Below, piece after piece: positions 49,210 to 57,793 of a stretch of 64,000 bases of DNA (positions are counted from its first letter, which is position 1; every line of letters begins with the position of its first letter). The DNA comes from Candidatus Marinacidobacterium sp. (lineage in GTDB: Bacteria > Acidobacteriota > Vicinamibacteria > Marinacidobacterales > Marinacidobacteraceae). A program made the position numbers and the translations under genes. The DNA lies in the NCBI GenBank assembly GCA_965243415.1, contig OZ251549.1:2555632-2619631 (forward strand). Reading direction: 5' to 3'. Below the pieces are notes generated by a model. It saw only the letters and a program-made list of their open reading frames with translations, searched no databases and had not been told where the DNA came from.

Positions 49210-50945
49210 CTCTGCCCTCCGGGGAACGACAGTGGGAACAGCGAGTGTATCCGCCCCGGCATCGGCCCCGCATCGGCCCCCGCCCCGGCCCCGTTGTCCG
49301 CCTCTTCCCCGGCGCTCCCGAACCCGTCCCCGGCGCGTCCCCCGGGCCGGTTCCCCCGCCTCCGCCCCGTCGCGCGGCCCCTCCCCGGCAGCCGCGCCGC
49401 ACCTCCACGACCTGCCCGGCGTCCCCGCAACCGCGTCTTCCCCGGCGCTCCCGAACCCGTCCCCGGCGCGTCCTGCCGGGCCGGATCCCGCTCCCGACCC
49501 GCCGCGCGCCGCGACTCCTGACAGCGATGTCGCACCCCGACGACGAGACCCGGCCCCCGCCGCCCGGCCCCCCGACGACGACGCCCGGCGTCCCGGCAAC
49601 GGCTTTCCTCCCGGCGCTCCCGAACGCGGCCCGAACACTTCCTCACCGGGCCGGATTCCGCTCCCGACCCGCCGCCCGGCCCCTCCCCGGCTCCCGCCGC
49701 ACCTCCGCCGCCAGCGCCCCCTCCGCCGCCAGCGCCCCCGCCGCCGTCAGCGCCCCCGATACCACCCGGCGCGCCGGCGTCCGCCGGTTCCCTCCCAACT
49801 CCCGGCTCACCGCCGTGCGGCTCATCCCCGTCTCCGGGTAGTGGCGGCCCGGAACCCGCCGCTCACCTCCGACCCTCTCGCCCTCTCGGCCGGGAACGAA
49901 TGGACTGCACCCCTCGCCCCCCCGGATCGGAACCTCCGCCGCGCCGGCCCCGAGCCGAAGAGCGGGAAATCTCCACTGCCGGGCGACACTCCGCAACCGC
50001 CTCCTTCCCCGGCGCTCCCGAACCCGTCCCCGGCGCGTCCTCCCGGCCCGGGTCCCCGTTCCCGACCGCCGCCCGCGCCAACCGCCGAACAGCCGCGTCG
50101 CACCCCGAAGACGAGGCCCCGGCGCCCGACGACGCCCGGTCCCCCGACGACGACGCCCCGCGCCCGCTGCCCCGCTGTCCCGGCTGTCGTCCGGGCACCC
50201 GCCCGCCCCGACTCCCGACCCCGGCCCTACCGCCGCCGGGAGTCGAGCGGGGGCCGGTCGCCGAGGACCCCGCTCAGGGACGAAATCCGACCCCCGCGCT
50301 GCATCGAGTGCCGCTGTCGCCGCCTCCACCTTGCGCCGGTTCCCGGGCATCCCGGCCCCCCGCCGCGCTGCCCCCGCTACCGCGCCACTCCCGGAACTGC
50401 GCCGGCCCTCGCCGACTTCCGGCGCCGGCGCTCGTCCGGACCCCGGCGGCCCCGACTCCCGCCGCCGGCGCCCGCCCCGACTCCGCGGCCCTGACTCGCC
50501 GCCCCGACTCCCCACCCCGGCCCTACCGCCGCGCGGCGATCGGGCGGGGGCCGGTCGCCGGGAACGCGGCTCAGGGACGAAGTCCGACCCCCATGCCGCT
50601 CCGAGTTCCGCTGTCGCCGCCTCCACACTCCGCCGGTTCCCGGGCATCCCGCCCGCCGCCGCGCCACCCCGCCGGTCGCGCCACCCCCGCGGCCACGCTG
50701 CCCCATCGCCGAGCCGGCCCCCGTCGTCGCGCCGCTCCCGCCGGTCGTTCCACCTCCGCTGCCGCGCCACCCCGCCGGTCGCGCCACTCCCGTCATCGCG
50801 CCATCTCCGCCGCCACCCCGCCCCCCGGCGCCGCCCGATGACATCCGGCGCCCGACGATGACGCCCGACGCTTCCCGGCGCCCGGCGCCCCGCCCCGACT
50901 CGACGGCCCTGACGCCCGGCGCTGGCCCCGCCCGACCGATCCCGA
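49210..50945. repeat. 1.7-kb GC-rich (~80%) non-coding block with at least five dispersed/tandem copies of a ~130-bp element (TTCCCCGGCGCTCCCGAACCCGTCCCCGGCGCGTCC...CCGACCCGCCGC) and related sub-repeats
   Basis: Copies start near 49306, 49438, 49600, 50000, 50330 and 50630. The only ORFs are repetitive Pro/Arg/Gly artefacts on both strands (e.g. the GMPGNRR(S/K)VEAATA repeats). Confidence 0.7.
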
Positions 50946-50948
50946 CCC

Positions 50949-52388
50949 CTACCGCCGGTAGTCGAGCGGCGGGGGCCGGTCGCCGAGGAGCGGCTCGTAC
51001 ACGAAATCCGGCCCCTGCGCCGCCTCGAGTTCCGCCTGCGCCGCCTCGATCCGCGCCGGATCCCGGAACAGGTCGGCGGCCGTCCGCGCCAGCACCTCCG
51101 CCGCCCGATGCATCCCCTTCAGCCCGATGCTCATCCCCCCGGCGGCCACCGCCTGCCAACTGTGCGCCGGGGTCCCCGGAACCCAGGTCGCCGTCCGGAA
51201 CTGCGCCGTCGGCACCACCCAACTCACATCCGCCACATCGGTCGAACCGCCGGCCGGCTTCCGCTCCCACTCGGCCACCTCCTCCTGCGACCCGATCGGC
51301 CGCGGCCGGGCCAGCGACTCCTGGATCTCCTCGGCGAACGCCCGCTCCTCGTCGGTGTAGGCGAACCCCCCGACCGCCTGCAGGTTCTCGTGGAGCAGCC
51401 GCCCGATCGTCTCGTTCGGCAGGAGGTTGTAGAGCCCGTGGATGATCTCGTGCTCGACCTCGGTCCCGGTGCCCAGCGCCGCGCCCTCCGCCGCCTTCAG
51501 GATGCGCTCCCAGTTCGACCGCGCCACCTCCACCGACGGGTGCCGGTTGTAGTAATAGACCTCGGCGAAGTTCGGCACCACATTCGGCGCCTCGCCGCCC
51601 CGCGTGATCACATAGTGGATGCGGCTCCGCTCGTGGACATGCTCCCGCATCAGGTTCACCAGGAAGTTCATCGCCTCCACCCCGTCGAGCGCCGACCGCC
51701 CCTGGTCCGGCGCCCCGGCGGCGTGCGCCGAAACCCCCCGGAAGCGGAACTTGGCCGACAGGTTCGCCAGCGAGTCCCCCGGACTGGCGTCGTTCCGGTC
51801 GCCCGGGTGCCAGGCCAGCACCGCGTCCACCTCGGCGAACAGCCCCTCGCGCACCAGGTACACCTTCCCGGCGCCGCCTTCCTCCGCCGGCGTCCCGTAC
51901 ACCCGGATCCGCCCCTCGCTCCCGGTGCGTTCCAGCCAGTCCTTCGCCGCCAGTCCGGCCGCCACCGAAGCGGTCCCGAAGAGGTGGTGGCCGCAGGCGT
52001 GCCCGGCGCCGACCCCCTCGCGCTCCTCCGGCCGGGGCGCCGCCGTTTGGCTGATGCCGGGCAGGGCGTCGAACTCGGCCAGGATCCCGACCACCGGGCC
52101 GCCGGAACCCCACTCCGCCACGAACGCCGTCGGCATCCCGGCGACCCCGGCCTCCACCTCGAACCCGGCGGCGCGCAACTGCTCCTGCAGCAGGCCGGAA
52201 CTCTTCTCCTCCTGGTAACCGACCTCGGCCCACTCCCAGATGCGGAGCGCCACCTCGTCGAAGTCGGTGCGCTGCGCCCCGAGGAAGTCGCCGATCAGCG
52301 CGCGGTCGTCGCCGTCCTGGGCCGCGGCCGCTGCCGGAGCGAGAACGAGGGCCGTCAGGCCGAGGGAAAGGAGCGCGGATCGGAACAC
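50949..52388 (-). CDS. M20D-family amidohydrolase (AbgB/hippurate-hydrolase-like) with signal peptide
   Basis: GTG start with SD GGAGG at 7 nt gives VFRSALLSLGLTALVLAPAAAAAQDG. VGAGHACGHHLFGTASVAAG is the M20D metal-binding signature. Confidence 0.85.
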   Translation of the reverse strand: MFRSALLSLGLTALVLAPAAAAAQDGDDRALIGDFLGAQRTDFDEVALRIWEWAEVGYQEEKSSGLLQEQLRAAGFEVEAGVAGMPTAFVAEWGSGGPVVGILAEFDALPGISQTAAPRPEEREGVGAGHACGHHLFGTASVAAGLAAKDWLERTGSEGRIRVYGTPAEEGGAGKVYLVREGLFAEVDAVLAWHPGDRNDASPGDSLANLSAKFRFRGVSAHAAGAPDQGRSALDGVEAMNFLVNLMREHVHERSRIHYVITRGGEAPNVVPNFAEVYYYNRHPSVEVARSNWERILKAAEGAALGTGTEVEHEIIHGLYNLLPNETIGRLLHENLQAVGGFAYTDEERAFAEEIQESLARPRPIGSQEEVAEWERKPAGGSTDVADVSWVVPTAQFRTATWVPGTPAHSWQAVAAGGMSIGLKGMHRAAEVLARTAADLFRDPARIEAAQAELEAAQGPDFVYEPLLGDRPPPLDYRR

Positions 52389-52612
52389 GGGCAGCCTCCG
52401 GTCGGGGAGTCGTCGGGGGAGGGGAAAAACGGGTTTCGGAGTGTAATCGGGGCAGGGTCCGGCCCGGCGCGTCTTCGTTCGCTCGCCGGGGACCGGGCAA
52501 ACCTCCCTCCCGGCCCTGCGGCGTTCCGCCCCCGCCGGCGGCATCGTTCCCCCCGACTGGCCTTCGCCTTGCAAGAAATCCCTCCGCCGACAAAGGCGAA
52601 GGAGGCGACTCC

Positions 52613-53464
52613 ATGAAGAGATTCGCATCGTTCCTCATCCTCGTGATCGCCGCGGCGGCGCCCGCCGCAGCACTGGCGCAGGACCCGCCCCCCCCGAAGG
52701 GGGACGCCGGGAAGGGCTGGCGCCTCGAAGTGTTCGGCAGCCCGGCCTGGAACCTGCTGAGCGCTTCGGCCGAGGACGCGGCCACCTTCGATGTGGTCCC
52801 GGCCTCGCAGTCCGTCTCCGGCTCGCGGCTCTCCGCCGACTTCGGCTGGGGCGCCGGCGTCCGCGTCGGACGGGGCCCCTGGGGCCTCGAAGCCGCGTAC
52901 CGCCGCATCGCCAGCCAGGACCTGACCCCCGGCCACCTGATCCGGGACACCCGCGCCCAGCCGGAAAACACCAACGGGCCGGTCCTCACCATCCTGCCTA
53001 CGGAGGTCCCGAGTTCCCGGGGCGACCTCTGGTTCGGTCAGGTCTTCCGCGAGTTCCGCGCTTCCCGCCGGTCCGCCGTGTCGCTCGGGGTCGGCGGCGG
53101 CTATCTGCGGGTGACCGACTCCTTCACCGAGAGCCTGCTGACCCAGGACTGGTCGTCCTACCTCTCGGACGACCTCCAGAAGATAGATTTCGGCGCCGCC
53201 CGCAACAGCCCGGTGTACGGCGCCTCGCTGGCGCTCACCACGCACCTCGGCCGCTTCCTCGTCCGTCCCCGCCTCGATGTGATCCTGCCGGTCCGCAACC
53301 TGACCACCACGCTCGACCTGAGCGGCGTCACTCCGGCCTGGGTGGCGACCGAACGCGACGGCAGCACGACCGAAGGCCTCTCGGAGCGCTGGACCGGCGC
53401 CACCACCACCAGCGTCCGCCCGACCCTGTTCTTGGTCTCGATCGAGATCGGCTTCGGGAACTGA
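52613..53464 (+). CDS. outer-membrane beta-barrel protein (paralog 1)
   Basis: SD AAGGAGG; signal peptide MKRFASFLILVIAAAAPAAALAQ; alternating beta-strand pattern; ends ...LFLVSIEIGFGN. Confidence 0.65.
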   Translation: MKRFASFLILVIAAAAPAAALAQDPPPPKGDAGKGWRLEVFGSPAWNLLSASAEDAATFDVVPASQSVSGSRLSADFGWGAGVRVGRGPWGLEAAYRRIASQDLTPGHLIRDTRAQPENTNGPVLTILPTEVPSSRGDLWFGQVFREFRASRRSAVSLGVGGGYLRVTDSFTESLLTQDWSSYLSDDLQKIDFGAARNSPVYGASLALTTHLGRFLVRPRLDVILPVRNLTTTLDLSGVTPAWVATERDGSTTEGLSERWTGATTTSVRPTLFLVSIEIGFGN

Positions 53465-53484
53465 CACGAAGGGGAAGAAACCCC

Positions 53485-54381
53485 ATGAAGCACCCGGCCA
53501 CCTTCCTCACGGCCCCCTTCCTCACCGCCGCCCTCCTCGCGCTCCCGGCCGCCGCCGCCGCGCAGCCCGGCCCCGCGCCCGACGAGTGGCGGTTCGAGGT
53601 CTTCGCCAGCCCCGGCTGGAGCGGGCTCCGCACCGCGGCGGAAGACGGCTGGGCGCTGACCGTCGCCGGCCCCGGCGCCGCGGCCGGCCCCGAAGACTGG
53701 ACGCACCGCGCCAGCGGTTCCCGGCTCTCCGCCGGTTTCGGCTGGGGCGGCGGCGCGCGCCTCTCCCGGGGCCCCTGGGGGATCGAGGCCGCCTACCGCC
53801 AGATCCGCAGCCGCGACCTCACCCCCTCCCACCTGCTCCTCGACACCGGCGCCTACTCGGGAATACTCGACTCGATCGCGGAGGAGGGCGGAGTCGAGTC
53901 CGTCGCCGTCGATCCGGCCGCCGGCGCCGACCCGCCGCTGCCGCGTTCCCGCGGCGACCTCTTCTTCGGCCAGGTCTTCCGCAGTTTCCGACTGCGCCCG
54001 GGCGCGGTCCTCTCCGTCGGGCTCGGCGGCGGCCACCTGCGGGTCACCGACGACCGCACCGACGAACTGCTGGCCCGCGACTGGGGGGTGTTGCCGGTGC
54101 CCGACTTCTTCGAGGGCTGGTTCGAGATCGACACCGGCTACACCGCCCGCCGCAGCCGCTTCGTCTATGGCGGCTCGGTGGCGCTCACGACGGAAGTCGG
54201 ACGCTTCCTGATCCGGCCGCGCCTCGATGTGGTGGTCCCCACCGGATCGCTCACGACCGCGTTCGACTACGGCCTCGAAGTGCGGGATCCGGAAACGACC
54301 CAGCGCCTCGAAGGCGCCTACACCAGCAGCGTCGATCCGATCCTCTTCCTGATGTCCGTCGAGATCGGCTTCCACCACTGA
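53485..54381 (+). CDS. outer-membrane beta-barrel protein (paralog 2)
   Basis: Signal peptide MKHPATFLTAPFLTAALLALPAAAAAQ. About 45% identical to paralog 1 (WRFEVFASPGW..., GSRLSAGFGWGGG, GPWGIEAAYRQI, RGDLFFGQVFR, LFLMSVEIGF). Confidence 0.65.
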   Translation: MKHPATFLTAPFLTAALLALPAAAAAQPGPAPDEWRFEVFASPGWSGLRTAAEDGWALTVAGPGAAAGPEDWTHRASGSRLSAGFGWGGGARLSRGPWGIEAAYRQIRSRDLTPSHLLLDTGAYSGILDSIAEEGGVESVAVDPAAGADPPLPRSRGDLFFGQVFRSFRLRPGAVLSVGLGGGHLRVTDDRTDELLARDWGVLPVPDFFEGWFEIDTGYTARRSRFVYGGSVALTTEVGRFLIRPRLDVVVPTGSLTTAFDYGLEVRDPETTQRLEGAYTSSVDPILFLMSVEIGFHH

Positions 54382-54506
54382 CGCTCCGGTCGGCGCGGCG
54401 CCCGGTCCACCGCGCCGACATCCCCGGACGGGGCCATCCTCCCGGCCCGCGCCGGCCACCGCGAAGGGCCGAGGACAGGACTTCTATCGCTCACAAAACG
54501 CCCATT

Positions 54507-54531
54507 TCGTGATTGATAGAATGCGATTCTA
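54507..54531. promoter_or_regulatory. AT-rich perfect palindrome ATAGAAT-GCG-ATTCTAT immediately upstream of the Fic gene start
   Basis: ttgatagaatgcgattctatcgatcATG, seen directly. Confidence 0.35.
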
Positions 54532-54537
54532 TCGATC

Positions 54538-55698
54538 ATGCGCTGGATCTGGCAGCGGCCGGAGTGGCCCCGGTTCCGTTGGGAAGCGTCGGCGATCACG
54601 CCCCTGGAGACCCGCTACCGACTGGCAGCCGAGCGCTCCCGGGGCGCCCGTTGGCATCTCGACGAGGCCGACCGCGCCGAACTCCGGGTCGAGTGGCTGA
54701 CGGACGAGGCGGTCGAGACCTCGGCGATCGAGGGGGAGACGCTCGACCGCGACTCGGTGCGATCCTCCCTCCGGAACCACTTCGGCCTGGCAGCCGACCG
54801 CCCGGGTTCCACCCCGGCCGAGACCGGCGCCGCCGACCTGATGGCCGCCCTCTACCGCGACTTCGCCCGGCCGCTGGACTTCGAGATGCTGTTCGACTGG
54901 CATCGCCGCCTCCTCCGCTGGCGCCCGGACCTGGCGGTCGTCGGAGCGTTCCGGGGCGGCCCGGAGCCGATGCGCGTCGTCTCCTCGGCGCCGCCCCCCT
55001 TCGAGGTCCACTACGAAGCGCCCCCGTCCGAGCGCGTCCCGGCGGAGATGGAGCGATTCGTGGCCGGGTACGAGCGCTCCGCGAGAGAAGGCCTCCCGCC
55101 GCTGACCTGGGCGGGCCTCGCCCACCTCGACTTCGTCTTCATCCACCCCTTCGAGGACGGGAACGGCCGCCTCGCCCGCGCCCTCTCCGAAAAGGCCCTC
55201 GCCCGCTCCTCGGGACAGCCGAGCCTGATCGCCCTCTCCCGGACGATCTCCCGCCGCCGCCGCGCCTACTACGACGCCCTGGAACGGGCGAACCGCTCGC
55301 TGGACTTCACCGACTGGCTCCGCTTCTTCGGCGAGACGGTGCTGGCAGCGCAGCGGTGGAGCGAGCGCCGGCTGATCCGCACCCTCGACCAGGCCCGGAT
55401 GTTCCGCCGACTCGGCGACCGCCTGAACGACCGCCAGCGGAAGGCGCTCCGCCGCCTCTTCCGGGCGGAACCGGAAGGATTCGAGGGCGGCCTCAGCGCC
55501 GGCAACTACCGCCGCATCACCGGCGCCATCCCGCCCACGGCGACCCGCGACCTGGCCGACCTCGTGGCGCTCGGCGCCCTCCGCCGCACCGGCGCCCGCC
55601 GCCACACCCGCTACTTCCTCGACCTGCCCCCGTTCCCGGACGAACCGGGTGCCGGCCCTCTCGGCGAGGGCCAGACCGGGGCCGCCGCGCCGTCGTGA
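54538..55698 (+). CDS. Fic/DOC family protein (AMPylation-type fido domain)
   Basis: HPFEDGNGRLAR matches the Fic motif HPFx(D/E)GNGR. Confidence 0.85.
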   Translation: MRWIWQRPEWPRFRWEASAITPLETRYRLAAERSRGARWHLDEADRAELRVEWLTDEAVETSAIEGETLDRDSVRSSLRNHFGLAADRPGSTPAETGAADLMAALYRDFARPLDFEMLFDWHRRLLRWRPDLAVVGAFRGGPEPMRVVSSAPPPFEVHYEAPPSERVPAEMERFVAGYERSAREGLPPLTWAGLAHLDFVFIHPFEDGNGRLARALSEKALARSSGQPSLIALSRTISRRRRAYYDALERANRSLDFTDWLRFFGETVLAAQRWSERRLIRTLDQARMFRRLGDRLNDRQRKALRRLFRAEPEGFEGGLSAGNYRRITGAIPPTATRDLADLVALGALRRTGARRHTRYFLDLPPFPDEPGAGPLGEGQTGAAAPS

Positions 55699-55915
55699 CG
55701 CTCCGCGCCCCCGACCTTCCCGCCGGACCAGGCGCGGAAGGCCAGGCGGCGCCCCTCGAGGGCGTGGCCCTCGCAATTCCGTTGTGTGCGACCGGTGCCG
55801 GAACGGCAGTTGAACGACGGAGGCGCATGAAGTACTTTGCAATTTCACCTGCAGGTCGCGGACGCCGATGGTGGCGACCGGCAAGCGGTCTCGACCCAAC
55901 GGAGGAACCCGACCC

Positions 55916-56206
55916 ATGAAGAAGACCAAGACACTCCCCGCCACTCCGCCGGTCACGCCGGAAGAGGCGACGGGCTCGAACTGGCTCCGCCTCCGGAAGC
56001 GTCCCGTGGCGAACCTCACGGAGGACCAGATGGAGGATGCCGCCGGCGGCCATCCGCACCCGGCCACCTGCGAGCCGACCTGCCCGCAGACCTGCTGCCC
56101 GACCTGCCCGGAGACCTGCGGCCGGGGCTGCCCGGAGCCGAGCGACCGCTACTCCTGCTCGCCCACCTGCCCCGTCGAGGACACCTGCGACCTGGATATC
56201 TGCTAG
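55916..56206 (+). CDS. Cys/Thr/Pro-rich peptide with Bacteroidetes-type double-glycine leader (candidate RiPP precursor), paralog 1
   Basis: SD GGAGG-N10-ATG. MKKTKTLPATPPVTPEEATGSNWLRLRKRPVANLTEDQMEDAAGG | HPHPATCEPTCPQTCCPTCPETCGRGCPEPSDRYSCSPTCPVEDTCDLDIC. The leader fits the GG-Bacteroidales pattern (MKKxxK...L.L.K..IANL.D.EM....GG). The core has 11 Cys. Confidence 0.6.
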   Translation: MKKTKTLPATPPVTPEEATGSNWLRLRKRPVANLTEDQMEDAAGGHPHPATCEPTCPQTCCPTCPETCGRGCPEPSDRYSCSPTCPVEDTCDLDIC

Positions 56207-56207
56207 T

Positions 56208-56228
56208 CCCGGCATCTAAGCGCCGGGG
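56208..56228 (+). terminator. GC hairpin CCCGGC-atctaagc-GCCGGG just after peptide 1 stop
   Basis: Seen directly; no U-tract. Confidence 0.3.
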
Positions 56229-56552
56229 CAGCGGGCCATCGCCCGCGTCGGCAGACATGGCATCGCTCTGTTCGGGGTGGGCAGGTCTGTTCTGTACATT
56301 GCAGTCGGTCGGCCCGAGAGCCATCGGCGACACTGACGACGTGGCCGGCATGCGGTTACGGAGGGCGTCTTTGATCCTTGCCCGCCCGCCACGGGTTACG
56401 GGAGCGCCACGGTCTTGGCCGTGGACCCCGGCGCCTTGATGCCGGACGCTGTATCGCGGGCGGGCGGTTTATCGTCGGTCGGGAGACCGAGGGCCTCTTT
56501 TCCGGGCTCGTGGCGGCCCCACCGGACCGGGAAGCGGGAGTGACTGGCAGCG

Positions 56553-56669
56553 GTGCTCGACGAGGTGCGGCGGCTGCGGGAGGCGCACCCCAGCCTGGGC
56601 AAGCGGAAGATCCGTCCTGTCCTGTGGCGGTTCTGCGTGGAGCGGGTTTCGTGCGCTCCGTGGTGGTGA
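56553..56669 (+). pseudogene. IS481/IS3-like transposase fragment (remnant)
   Basis: VLDEVRRLREAHPSLGKRKIRPVLWRFCVERVSCAPWW*; the HP(S/T)xGxRKI block is characteristic of IS481-family integrase-type transposases. No intact ORF. Confidence 0.5.
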
Positions 56670-56921
56670 CCATGGGGCGGCTGACCGCCGACGCCGGCGG
56701 CCTGCGGGCGATTCTGCCCAACGGGCATCCTCGGTCCGGGTTGAGGTCATGCGTCGGGCGGCTTGGATCTTGGGTGCTGCCCGCGAGACTCCGGGCCACC
56801 GACGATCGCCGGAATCGCAGTTGACCGAGATGGGCCGGTTCGGGTAAAAGTCACTTGATTTCGGCACTGACAGTCCCGGCTGGTCGGCGCCCCCTCACGA
56901 TCCTCAAGGAGATCTGCAGAC

Positions 56922-57218
56922 ATGAAGAAGGTCAAGACCCCGCTGGTCCCTACGGCCAAGGTGGTGAACTCGAACTCCCTCCGCATCAGGCGGCGCTCGG
57001 TGGCGAACCTCACGGAGAACCAGATGGGGGACGCCGCCGGCGGTCACCCGCACCACACGTGCGAGCCGACCTGCCCGGCCACCTGCTGCCCCACCTGCCC
57101 GGACACGTGCCCGCGCGGCTGCCCGGTGGTGGAGCCCCCGAGCGCCGGTGACACCTGCCGCGGCAGCACCTGCGACACCTGCGACACCTGCATCAGCTGC
57201 TACGACGCCTGCGAGTAG
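56922..57218 (+). CDS. Cys/Thr/Pro-rich peptide with double-glycine leader (candidate RiPP precursor), paralog 2
   Basis: SD AAGGAGA-N9-ATG. MKKVKTPLVPTAKVVNSNSLRIRRRSVANLTENQMGDAAGG | HPHHTCEPTCPATCCPTCPDTCPRGCPVVEPPSAGDTCRGSTCDTCDTCISCYDACE. Followed by a GGCGCCT...AGGCGCC hairpin. Confidence 0.6.
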   Translation: MKKVKTPLVPTAKVVNSNSLRIRRRSVANLTENQMGDAAGGHPHHTCEPTCPATCCPTCPDTCPRGCPVVEPPSAGDTCRGSTCDTCDTCISCYDACE

Positions 57219-57720
57219 CTATCCGGTAGCCTCACCGGCGCCTCGCGTTGCAGGCGAAGGCGCCGGGTGGTTGTGCCCCCCGCGACTCGTCGTTCGGACG
57301 GAGTACTCCCCGGGAGCTCGTCAGCGTCGACGCAGCGGGCATCCGTACGCCTCGGAGAGTCATTTGGCTCTCTCAAGGAAGTGAGCCAGTCCGGGCACCG
57401 CATCCCTTTCCTCCGCCCTGCGTGCTCGAATGTTCGGGCTGCCATGGCTCGCTTTCCGCAGGGTCGGGGGTCGGGGTGGGAACGCAGCCCGTTGAACCAC
57501 AGTCGATCAGCCTGTGCTGTGGATCTCGGGCAACACAGAGAAGAAGCTTCATTCTGCTGTCCGGCATCTTGCGGTAACCGAAAACTGGGCCTCGTTGGGA
57601 TTCTTGGCCGCATGTCACGGTCCGGTGTTCCCCGCGGGTCACGCGCATCCAGCGCGACCACCATCCGAGGAGAGTGCCTGGACGACCTCTCCGGCGGTGC
57701 CTCCGCCACGGTACAAGCGT

Positions 57721-57750
57721 GTGGCGCTCACCCCGTAGGGTGAGCGCCAC
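57721..57750. terminator. perfect 13-bp-stem hairpin GTGGCGCTCACCC-cgta-GGGTGAGCGCCAC, ~45 nt beyond the convergent TonB-receptor stop
   Basis: Seen directly in line 57721. Confidence 0.55.
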
Positions 57751-57793
57751 GACTGCGGCTTGCCGGGCCTCTGATCGAGCCCGCGTCTTGGGT

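Noticed and set aside
49232-50770. 420-aa plus and 375-aa minus ORFs in the GC-rich repeat block
   Set aside because: Repetitive Pro/Arg/Gly translations that mirror the DNA repeats. No start context or domain.
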